Source of the DNA: Tepidimonas sp. UBA997
GTDB lineage: Bacteria; Pseudomonadota; Gammaproteobacteria; Burkholderiales; Burkholderiaceae_C
Assembly (NCBI GenBank): GCA_002291945.1
Contig: DBAZ01000026.1
Location: forward strand, 31,444-95,443
Direction: 5' to 3'
DNA: 64,000 nucleotides
The position numbers were made by a program, and so were the translations under genes. A model generated the notes under the pieces. The model was not told the origin of the DNA, searched no databases, and worked only from the letters and a program-made list of their open reading frames with translations. Positions 39,231-46,943 of the stretch are shown here, piece by piece (the stretch's first letter is position 1; the number at the start of each line of letters is the position of its first letter).

Positions 39231-39260
39231 TGACGTCTCATGGAACATGACGTCTCATGG
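39231..39260. repeat. tandem direct repeat TGACGTCTCATGG x2 (17-bp period)
   Basis: Identical 13-mers at 39231-39243 and 39248-39260, between the hoxI stop and the OB-fold gene start. Flanking inverted repeat cttcagg/cctgaag at 39190-39196 / 39221-39227. Confidence 0.7.
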
Positions 39261-39301
39261 GCAAAAGCCACTCACCACTGCTCGACGGCGCAGGCAAAAA
39301 C

Positions 39302-39799
39302 TCAAAGACGTCCGCGCCCGCCGGTGCTGATGTAGGTCAGCAACTCGCTTTGTTGGCGGTTGATGGCCGTCAGCGTGCTGTGAACCCGCTTGATGATGGC
39401 GCGCATGAAGTTGAACACCAGCAAGGGGTGCTCGCTGATCAGCGGGTCGATGTCGCTTTTGTTGAAACTGATGACGCGCGAATGGCCCAGCGAGCGCACC
39501 GTCGAGGCGTGCGGCGAGCCGTCGATAAAACTCAGCTCGCCGACCAGATCGCCTTTTTCGAGGATGTGCAGAATGTTGGCTTGAGTACGCATGGGCTCCG
39601 CCATGATGGCGAGGCGTCCTTCGATGACGATGTAAAAGCTGTTGGTCGAACTGCCTTTTTCGAACAGCGCCTCGTTGTCCTGCAAATCCAGGCTCTGCGC
39701 GGCGCGCTCGGCCAGAATTTGTGAACCGGCATCGCCTATGTACTCCCCAATGGGGGCGGCGCGTATCAGTTTCGTGATTTCATCGACAGTGAGTTTCAT
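39302..39799 (-). CDS. hoxI: cyclic-nucleotide-binding-domain protein, HoxI-like subunit of soluble hydrogenase
   Basis: 165 aa. cNMP-binding fold (FEKGSSTNSFYIVIEGRL..GDLVGELSFIDGSPHASTV). Last gene after hoxW, as in the Ralstonia eutropha hoxFUYHWI operon. Confidence 0.7.
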   Translation of the reverse strand: MKLTVDEITKLIRAAPIGEYIGDAGSQILAERAAQSLDLQDNEALFEKGSSTNSFYIVIEGRLAIMAEPMRTQANILHILEKGDLVGELSFIDGSPHASTVRSLGHSRVISFNKSDIDPLISEHPLLVFNFMRAIIKRVHSTLTAINRQQSELLTYISTGGRGRL

Positions 39800-39871
39800 C
39801 CTAGGCTCCTTGAACAGATAGTCAAACCATATAGGCAGCGCAGCGTTGCGAACCGCAAGGCCCTCTGCACC

Positions 39872-40384
39872 TCAACCCGGCTGCATGTGCAGGCTGCGGG
39901 TCAAAAAATGCGTGGCAGCGAGCAAATTGTTTCGCGCCTGCGTCGTCAAACCCAGTTGCAATTCCCATTCGTAGCCTCGAAGGGCCAGCACGTGGACTTG
40001 CGGCGTGCGTCCGAAGCAGAGCTGGCACGTGGCCATGACCGCCTCGATCGACAGCGCATGGGAGGTAAAGCTGAAATCGAGGCGCGGTGCAGCGGCATAA
40101 AGACTGAATGACTCCAGCGCCGGGTCTTTCGACGCATCGACGAGCAAGACCCGCTGCACCCGACTGAACAGGTCGGCATCCTCCAGACTGAGCTGATAGA
40201 CGCGCTCACACTGTGCTTTGCGGCACCAGCCTTGCTCCTCCAGCCAGTCGATGAAGGCCCAGCCCAAGCCGTCGTCCTGGCGCCCCAGGTTACCCACCCC
40301 ATAAATCAAGGTGTCGGCATCGTCGAACGCCTCGAGCGTGAGCTCAGCGTCTGTGCTGTGCGACTTGACGGCCGTCAGCGTCAT
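39872..40384 (-). CDS. hoxW: hydrogenase maturation endopeptidase
   Basis: GVGNLGRQDDGLGW motif. The ATG at 40384 overlaps the hoxH 3' end by 41 nt. A shorter in-frame TTG start just before IYGVGN is possible. Confidence 0.85.
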   Translation of the reverse strand: MTLTAVKSHSTDAELTLEAFDDADTLIYGVGNLGRQDDGLGWAFIDWLEEQGWCRKAQCERVYQLSLEDADLFSRVQRVLLVDASKDPALESFSLYAAAPRLDFSFTSHALSIEAVMATCQLCFGRTPQVHVLALRGYEWELQLGLTTQARNNLLAATHFLTRSLHMQPG

Positions 40385-41810
40385 ACACCGTTACCTCCAG
40401 TGGCATTTGTCCGAGCGCATGGGTGGCGCAACTCAAGCACGGGTCGTAAGCGCGAATACCGACCTCGATGGCGTTCATCATTCCCTCGGTGATTTCAGCG
40501 CGGCCATCCAAGTAGTCCTGTGCAACTTTTTGGATCGTCCGGTTCATGACCTGGTTGTTCTGGGTCGTGGCGACGATGAGGTTGGCGAAGGTGATGTTGC
40601 CAGCTTCGTTGGCCCGGTAGTGGTGCAGCAGCGTACCCCGAGGAGCCTCGACCACACCCACGCCGTCGCCGGTCCACATGCTGGGGGCAGGAGTGACGCG
40701 CAGTTCATCCTTTTGCAAATCGGGATCGTGCAAGAGCTGACTGATCAATTCCGCCGAATGCAGGATTTCGATGGCTCGCGCCCAGTTGGTGTGCAAGGTC
40801 TTGTTGCTGCATAGGCCTTTGTTGTAAGCGTGGAAGCGCTCCAGCTCGGCTTGTGCCAGTGGCGTCGAATACGACTTCGTGATGTTGACGCGGGCCAGCG
40901 GCCCGACGCGGACCGAACCCTTGTCTCGCCCCAGAGCCTTGAGGAAAGGAAACTTCATGTAGCTCCATTCCTCGGTCGCTTCCGAGAAGTGGTCTAGATA
41001 GTCGTGATAGTCGAGTTCCGTGACAATGTTCTTGTTTTCGTCGATGACACGCAACTTGCCGTGGTAATAGTCAACATTGCCATCGTCATCGACCAGGCAC
41101 ATATCCAAGGCCCTGGCCTCGCCAAAGCCATCGACCAGGGCCCTGTTCTGCTCGTGGTATTGATGAAAAAGAGCCAAGCCGTCCTGGGCGTATTCCAGCA
41201 CCTGCGCCAGGCTCGGTATGGTTGCATCGCCGCGCAGAAAGCGGTCGCGCACCTCGGCCGTCAGATTGTTGTTGACCCCGCCGGGCACCGAACTGATGCC
41301 GTGCATTTTCTTGCCGAGCACTGCCTTGATGAGCTCCTGCCCCCATTTGCGCAACACGACGACCCGTTTCACCAGTTCAGGGTTGGCCGCAACCAGACCC
41401 AAGACATTGCGTTGCTCCGGTGCTGCATCAAAACCCATCACCATGTCCGGGGCAATGCAGTAAAAATACGCGGTGGCGTGGGACTGAAGCTGCTGCGCGT
41501 AGTGCCCGAGCCGACGCATTTTCTCGGCCGTCGGGGTGATCAGGTTGTGCGTCGAGTAGCCCACGCCCACCATGTCGTCGAGCGCCTTGGCGCCGCACAG
41601 GTGGTGACTGACGAAACAGATGCCGCAAATGCGCTGCATCAGCATCGGCGCTTCCCAGTAGGGGTGGCCTTGCAGGAATTTCTCGAAACCGCGGAACTCG
41701 ACGACGAGCAACTTGGCGTCTGTCACGCGATGGTTGTCGTCGAGCTGTATCGTTACTTTGCCGTGCCCCTCGATGCGGGTGACGGGATCAATCACGAGTT
41801 TTCGGCTCAT
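40344..41810 (-). CDS. hoxH: NAD-reducing [NiFe] hydrogenase large subunit (group 3d)
   Basis: 488 aa from MSRKLVIDPVTRIEGHG. RICGICFVSHH and C-terminal DPCLSCATH, followed by a 24-aa extension (the protease substrate). Confidence 0.95.
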   Translation of the reverse strand: MSRKLVIDPVTRIEGHGKVTIQLDDNHRVTDAKLLVVEFRGFEKFLQGHPYWEAPMLMQRICGICFVSHHLCGAKALDDMVGVGYSTHNLITPTAEKMRRLGHYAQQLQSHATAYFYCIAPDMVMGFDAAPEQRNVLGLVAANPELVKRVVVLRKWGQELIKAVLGKKMHGISSVPGGVNNNLTAEVRDRFLRGDATIPSLAQVLEYAQDGLALFHQYHEQNRALVDGFGEARALDMCLVDDDGNVDYYHGKLRVIDENKNIVTELDYHDYLDHFSEATEEWSYMKFPFLKALGRDKGSVRVGPLARVNITKSYSTPLAQAELERFHAYNKGLCSNKTLHTNWARAIEILHSAELISQLLHDPDLQKDELRVTPAPSMWTGDGVGVVEAPRGTLLHHYRANEAGNITFANLIVATTQNNQVMNRTIQKVAQDYLDGRAEITEGMMNAIEVGIRAYDPCLSCATHALGQMPLEVTVYDADGRQVAQHRR

Positions 41811-41826
41811 GGGAATTACCTCTCGT

Positions 41827-42480
41827 TCAGTCGTAACGGTTGATCTGCGCGGGCAGGTCAACCGGGCGACCGTTCACGAGATCCTCCAAAACCTTGGCAA
41901 TGGCGTCGCCATCGGGCGGGCAGCCGGGAATGAAATAGTCGATCTTGACCACTTCGTGATTGGGATACACCTTGGTCGTGATCTTGGGCAAATCTGGATG
42001 ATTGGGGATGATGGGGATCGCACCGGCCACGGCGGTGGGCGATTTGATATACGCTTCTTCCAGACAGTCGGCCAGCGGCTCTAGGTTGCGCAACGCCGGC
42101 ACACCGCCCCAGCAGGCACAGGCACCGACCGAGATCAGAATGTCGCAGTTCTCGCGGAAATGCTCGAGGGTTTCGATGTTTTCTTCGCTGGCCACGCCGC
42201 CTTCGACAAACCCGATGGTGCAGCGCACCGGGATGCGCTTGACATCGGTCAACGAAGAGCGGTGTATCGTGACCTTATCGAGCAGGGTCAACAAGCGCTC
42301 GTCCATGTCGAGAAAGGACAGCGTACAGCCCCAGCAGCCGACCAATGCGATCATTGCCACGTCGATCTTGCCCGTTTGATTGGCGATGAACGCCGCATCG
42401 GGCGCACGTTTGGGCAACTGATGACCGTAAATCACTTGCTCGCTCGCCGACACCGAACCAGCCCCGTGGTGTGTGCTCAT
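41827..42480 (-). CDS. hoxY: NAD-reducing hydrogenase small subunit
   Basis: 217 aa. GCWGCTLSFLD and GACACWGG, IPGCPP Fe-S cysteine motifs. Confidence 0.9.
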   Translation of the reverse strand: MSTHHGAGSVSASEQVIYGHQLPKRAPDAAFIANQTGKIDVAMIALVGCWGCTLSFLDMDERLLTLLDKVTIHRSSLTDVKRIPVRCTIGFVEGGVASEENIETLEHFRENCDILISVGACACWGGVPALRNLEPLADCLEEAYIKSPTAVAGAIPIIPNHPDLPKITTKVYPNHEVVKIDYFIPGCPPDGDAIAKVLEDLVNGRPVDLPAQINRYD

Positions 42481-43178
42481 GGCTGCTCTCCTGCAAGCGC
42501 GTGTTCGCGCACCGATTTGAGGTCGTATTTACGCTGGCCGATCGGCTCGTTGTAACCCAGGGATTTGTCGATGATGGTGCCCACCGGGCACAACCGCGCC
42601 GCCTCCCTGACTTGCTCGGCGCTCATTTTGTCGGCCAGTTCGGCATTGATCTCGATGCGCGCCTGCGCCCCCCGGCCCTGGATGCTGAAGATTTTTTGCC
42701 CCGTTTCTTCGTCGCGCACCCACTCCACGCAGCGTTGGCAAAAAATGCAACGGTCGCGTTCGAGCATGATGCGCTGGGCGCTGTAGTCCTTGTCGCGCGG
42801 CGTGAAGCGGTATTCGAAGCGCGACACCATCATGCCCAGCTCGATGCCCACGGCCTGCAAATCACAGCGTCCGCTCTTTTCGCAGCTCGGACAGTTGTGC
42901 GTGCCTTCGGCAAACAGGCTCTCGATCAGCGACTTGCGCATATCGACCAGCTCGGGGGTGTTGACCTCGACTTGCATGCCGTGCGCCACTGGAACGGTGC
43001 AGCCAGCCACGACCGCGCTGCCCACCTTCACGGTACAAACCCGGCAGGTGCCCAAGCAGGGCTTGCCTTTTTGGTAGCACAGCGTCGGTATATAGACGCC
43101 GTTTTCGTGCGCCACATCGACCAGTGGCGTCCCCTCGCGGGCATTGATGTTGCGACCGTCGATACTGAGTTGAATCAC
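42477..43178 (-). CDS. hoxU: NAD-reducing hydrogenase diaphorase Fe-S subunit (NuoG N-terminal-like)
   Basis: 233 aa. 2Fe-2S CxxC..C pattern (CRVCTV), HNCPSCEKSGRC, and CIFCQRCV 4Fe-4S motifs. 4-nt overlaps with both neighbours. Confidence 0.9.
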   Translation of the reverse strand: MIQLSIDGRNINAREGTPLVDVAHENGVYIPTLCYQKGKPCLGTCRVCTVKVGSAVVAGCTVPVAHGMQVEVNTPELVDMRKSLIESLFAEGTHNCPSCEKSGRCDLQAVGIELGMMVSRFEYRFTPRDKDYSAQRIMLERDRCIFCQRCVEWVRDEETGQKIFSIQGRGAQARIEINAELADKMSAEQVREAARLCPVGTIIDKSLGYNEPIGQRKYDLKSVREHALAGEQP

Positions 43179-44986
43179 GATGTTTGACTCCGCTGGTTAA
43201 AGGTGGCAAGGGCTTCGAGGTAGCCACGGCGGCTTTCCTCAAGGTCGAAGGACGGCAGCAAGGGGCCATCCTGGCGCACCAGCTTGGGTTGATAGACCTC
43301 GGGGAAACGCGCCAGCGAGGTCATGATGGGCTTGGGCGAGGTGCCGCCCAGCCCGCAGCGGCTGGTTTTGCGCACGGTGTTGCCCCAGGCCATGGCGCTG
43401 TCGAGGTCTTGCTGGCAAGCGGTGCCAGCGATCACGCGATCGATTTTCTTGAGCAGATCGATATTGCCCGAACGACACGGCACGCAAATGCCACACGATT
43501 CGGCGACGAAGAACGCGGTGAAATGGCGGACGATGCCCAGCAAATTGCGGGTGCGGTTGAAGATCATCAAGGAACCGTTGCACGGGAGGTCTTCCAGCGC
43601 GATTTTGCGCTGCCCGTCACGATCAGCGGCGACGCATTCGCCCGAGGGGCCGCTGACCTGCACCGCCCACGGATCGCGCGCGCCGACGCGCTCGAGCACC
43701 TGCTTGAGCGTGATACCCCACTCGATTTCGTAAATGCCCGGGGCGTCACAGTCGCCGGATACGCTCAGCAGCCGCGTGCCCGCAGAGTCAGGCGTGCCGT
43801 AACTGCGGAACCAGCGTGGGCCTTCTTCCATGATGCGTGTGACGGCTGCAAAAGTCTCGACGTTGTTCACGCTCGTGGGCTTGCCCAAGTAGCCCGCGTT
43901 GACCGGATACGGCGGCTTGACGCGCGGCGTACCGCGTTTGCCCTCCAGCGATTCGATCAGCGCGGTTTCGTCGCCACAGACGTAGGCACCCGCGCCGAGC
44001 TGGATGCGCAGATCGAACTGGAAACCGGCCTTGCCAGCCACCGCTTGGCCAAGCCAGCCCTGGGCGCGCATGTGCTCGATTTGCGCCTGCAAATAGGCCT
44101 TGAGGTAGGCGTATTCGGAGCGCAGATAGATGATGCCCTGCTGCGCCCCGATGGCGTAGCCCGCGATCACCATCCCGATCAGGACGTCGAGCGGCGACTC
44201 GGTGAGCAGCACCCGGTCTTTGAAGGTGCCGGGTTCGCCCTCGTCGGCGTTGCACACCACGTAGCGGGTTTTTTCCTGGTTGGCGGCGCACATGCGCCAC
44301 TTCAGTCCAGTCGTGAAACCGGCCCCGCCCCGTCCCTTGAGGCCCGAGTCGAACACGGTCTGAAGCGCGACTTCTGGCGGCAGGCTGACCACTTTTTCCA
44401 GCAACTGTGCATAGGCGTTGCGGTTTTGGAAGAACACCGGGCCCCTGGAGCGGATGTTGGACTGCACCATCGCACGCACGTAGGCCAAGGTGTCCTTGCC
44501 ATGCCCTTGCGGATTGGCCAGCGCAGCCGGATCGGCCCCGGCACGCAACTGCGCCACCAGATCGCGCACCTTGTCGGGCGTCAGGCCAGTGAAGACCTGC
44601 TCGCCGATCAGCAAGGCCGGTTCCTGGTCGCTCAGCCCGATGCAGGGCGTGGTCTCGAGGCCAAAGGTGCCGCTCGCATCCGGCTGACCAAAGCGGCAGC
44701 CGGTGGCTTGTTCGAGCGCGTCATAGACTGCTTGATAGCCGCGCAAGCGGGCGATGACGGTATCGGCCAAGTAAATCGGGTACTTGGGCGGCGGGGTATC
44801 GCGGAAGAAGTGGTAGAAGGAGTAGGTCTCCTTGATGTCTGGCTCAGACAGATTCAAGCGCTGAGCCAAGGCGGGAAGCACATCCGCTGGTATGTAGCCC
44901 CAGCGGTTTTGCACATCCCACAAAATATCCATCAAACGGCTGCGATCCGCCTGATAGCGCTCCAGTATGTCGTCGATTTCTCTCAT
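43175..44986 (-). CDS. hoxF: NAD-reducing hydrogenase diaphorase flavoprotein subunit (NuoE/NuoF fusion)
   Basis: 603 aa from MREIDDILERY (AAGGAAG SD). GRGGAGFTTGLKW FMN/NADH motif and ESCGICVPCR 4Fe-4S motif. Confidence 0.93.
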   Translation of the reverse strand: MREIDDILERYQADRSRLMDILWDVQNRWGYIPADVLPALAQRLNLSEPDIKETYSFYHFFRDTPPPKYPIYLADTVIARLRGYQAVYDALEQATGCRFGQPDASGTFGLETTPCIGLSDQEPALLIGEQVFTGLTPDKVRDLVAQLRAGADPAALANPQGHGKDTLAYVRAMVQSNIRSRGPVFFQNRNAYAQLLEKVVSLPPEVALQTVFDSGLKGRGGAGFTTGLKWRMCAANQEKTRYVVCNADEGEPGTFKDRVLLTESPLDVLIGMVIAGYAIGAQQGIIYLRSEYAYLKAYLQAQIEHMRAQGWLGQAVAGKAGFQFDLRIQLGAGAYVCGDETALIESLEGKRGTPRVKPPYPVNAGYLGKPTSVNNVETFAAVTRIMEEGPRWFRSYGTPDSAGTRLLSVSGDCDAPGIYEIEWGITLKQVLERVGARDPWAVQVSGPSGECVAADRDGQRKIALEDLPCNGSLMIFNRTRNLLGIVRHFTAFFVAESCGICVPCRSGNIDLLKKIDRVIAGTACQQDLDSAMAWGNTVRKTSRCGLGGTSPKPIMTSLARFPEVYQPKLVRQDGPLLPSFDLEESRRGYLEALATFNQRSQTS

Positions 44987-45145
44987 GGACTTCCTTGTCT
45001 CCAGGGTTATGTCGAACGTGGAGCTTGTTCGGCGGCTAGGGGAGCCATCCACCGAGCGCAAGCTGTTGGGATTCGAAGGGGCGTCGATTTTTTCCGGTGC
45101 TGGCATTCTGCGCTATTACCGCAATTTTGCAAAGTCCCTGTCCAT

Positions 45146-45180
45146 CCGGATTGATTTTTTTGACCATATTCACAATCCGG
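45146..45180. promoter_or_regulatory. inverted repeat ccggattg-N19-caatccgg enclosing a near-CRP site
   Basis: Arms at 45146-45153 / 45173-45180. The AT-rich loop contains TTTGAccatatTCACA (45159-45174), which reads TGTGA-N6-TCAAA on the minus strand. Lies in the hoxF/ybbN divergent region. Confidence 0.35.
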
Positions 45181-45294
45181 GCTTTGCCGGTCTGGCCCGC
45201 ATGCGGCATAACCCGTTGCGACGGCTGCGGGGCACCGGATGACGTACCATTTCGGTTTCGCCAACCTGGCGCTCGCTATAACTGTCTGCCCACC

Positions 45295-46254
45295 ATGATC
45301 GACGTCACCCTTGCCAATTTTGAATCCGAAGTCATCGAGGCTTCGCACACCGTGCCCGTGCTGGTGGACTTCTGGGCACCCTGGTGCGGCCCCTGCCGTA
45401 CGCTCGGCCCGGTGCTGGAAAAGGTGGAAGCCGCCTACGCGGGGCGCTTCAAGCTGGTCAAGATCGATTCCGACGCGCAACAGCAGCTCGCGGCGGCGTT
45501 TGGCATCCGCAGCATCCCGACTTGCGTGCTGATGGTCGCTGGCCAGCCGGTGGACGGCTTCATGGGAGCGCTGCCCGAAGGGCAGGTCAAAGCCTTCCTC
45601 GACCAACACCTTGCGCCGCAGGGGGCCACCCCCGAGGCGGTGGTGGAAGAAGCCGTTGCACCTGACCTGGCCGAAGCCGCAGCCGACGGCCTGCTCGATC
45701 GACTGGCCAGCCAGTTGGCCCAAGACCCCGCCAACAACGATGTGCGCTTCGACTACGTCAAGCGCCTCATCAGCGCGGGTCACTTCGAAGAAGCTGAAGT
45801 GGCCCTCGCCCCCGCCATGGCGCAGATCCCCCTGCCCTTGCGTTTTGAAGGCCTGGCCCACTGGCTCAATGCCCTGCTCTTCACCGCCAACGACCCACGC
45901 GGCCAGTGGAGCCTGGCGCAATTCGATGCGGCGATCCAGCAAAACAAGCGCGACTTTGGCACCCGCTTGGCCAAGAGCCGGGTCTTGATCGCGTTGGGCG
46001 AATGGCCCGCCGCGCTGGAGGAATTGCTCGAAATCATCATGCGCGACAAGCACTGGGCCGACGAGGCCCCGCGCAAAACCTACATCGGCCTGCTGGAACT
46101 GATGACACCGCCCGCGCCCAAGCCTGCCGCCACGGCGGGAGCTGCGGCCCCGGGTGGCGGCATTCAGCTCGCAGGCAACACCGCCGTGCAAGAAGATCCG
46201 CAGCGTGAACTGGTCTCGCGCTTGCGGCGCAAGCTGAGCATGGCCTTGAACTGA
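45295..46254 (+). CDS. ybbN: thioredoxin-domain/TPR co-chaperone (YbbN/CnoX family)
   Basis: Start at MIDVTLANFESEV. The thioredoxin fold has an intact WAPWCGPC motif, with a TPR-like C-terminal half. Confidence 0.85.
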   Translation: MIDVTLANFESEVIEASHTVPVLVDFWAPWCGPCRTLGPVLEKVEAAYAGRFKLVKIDSDAQQQLAAAFGIRSIPTCVLMVAGQPVDGFMGALPEGQVKAFLDQHLAPQGATPEAVVEEAVAPDLAEAAADGLLDRLASQLAQDPANNDVRFDYVKRLISAGHFEEAEVALAPAMAQIPLPLRFEGLAHWLNALLFTANDPRGQWSLAQFDAAIQQNKRDFGTRLAKSRVLIALGEWPAALEELLEIIMRDKHWADEAPRKTYIGLLELMTPPAPKPAATAGAAAPGGGIQLAGNTAVQEDPQRELVSRLRRKLSMALN

Positions 46255-46297
46255 AGGTGGGCGCGGGGATAACCCTGGTAGCGTATCGGAATTCATA

Positions 46298-46337
46298 ACT
46301 TCCTAGAATTTCAGAAATTTCTGAAAATTCAGGAAGT
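46298..46337. promoter_or_regulatory. AT-rich near-perfect 40-bp palindrome (candidate GbsR/MarR operator) overlapping the gbsR SD
   Basis: Core TTCAGAAATTTCTGAA at 46310-46325 is a perfect palindrome. Outer arms acttcct 46298-46304 / aggaagt 46331-46337. The ATG is at 46341. Confidence 0.55.
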
Positions 46338-46340
46338 ATC

Positions 46341-46922
46341 ATGGCAACCACGCCGCTCACCTTGTCGTTCATCCACCATTTTGGTGAGATGGGAAGCCGT
46401 TGGGGTATTAACCGCACGGTGGGTCAAATCTACGCTTTGTTGTTTGTGTCGCGGCAACCGCTGTGTGCGGACGACATTGCCGATGCGCTCCAGTTTTCAC
46501 GCTCCAACGTGAGCATGGGTTTGAAAGAGCTGCAGTCCTGGCAGTTGGTGAAGTTGCGCCATTTCCCCGGCGACCGGCGCGAGTTTTTCGAGGCCCCGGA
46601 GGACGTGTGGGAAATCTTCCACACCTTGGCCGATCAGCGCCGTCGCCGTGAGGTCGAGCCCACCCAGAGCATGCTGCGCGTGGCGCTGCTGCACACCCCG
46701 AGCAACCCCGACGAGGCCTACGCGCAGCAACGCATGCGCGAGATGCACGACCTGATCGAACAACTCATGGGCTGGTTTGACGAGGTGCAAAAACTCTCGC
46801 CCGAGACGGCCAAGCAACTGCTCGACATGGGTACCAAAGTTACCAAGGTGCTGGAGTTGAAAGACCGCTTGACGGGCAAGACGCCGCGCAGAAAACCCGA
46901 CGCCAGTGACGCTGCTGCCTGA
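46341..46922 (+). CDS. GbsR/MarR-family winged-helix transcriptional regulator
   Basis: 193 aa. FGEMGSRWGINRTVGQIYALLFVSRQPLCADDIADALQFSRSNVSMGLKELQSW is typical of GbsR-type regulators. Precedes cydAB. Confidence 0.75.
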   Translation: MATTPLTLSFIHHFGEMGSRWGINRTVGQIYALLFVSRQPLCADDIADALQFSRSNVSMGLKELQSWQLVKLRHFPGDRREFFEAPEDVWEIFHTLADQRRRREVEPTQSMLRVALLHTPSNPDEAYAQQRMREMHDLIEQLMGWFDEVQKLSPETAKQLLDMGTKVTKVLELKDRLTGKTPRRKPDASDAAA

Positions 46923-46943
46923 CGCATCAACCACGAGACGACC

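Noticed and set aside
44987-45294. A sigma54 (TGGCAC-N5-TTGC) promoter upstream of hoxF, as in the R. eutropha soluble hydrogenase operon.
   Set aside because: I scanned both strands by eye. The candidate GG/GC pairs (for example tggctcccctagccgc on the minus strand, tggcattctgcgct on the plus strand) have wrong spacing or lack the TTGC element.
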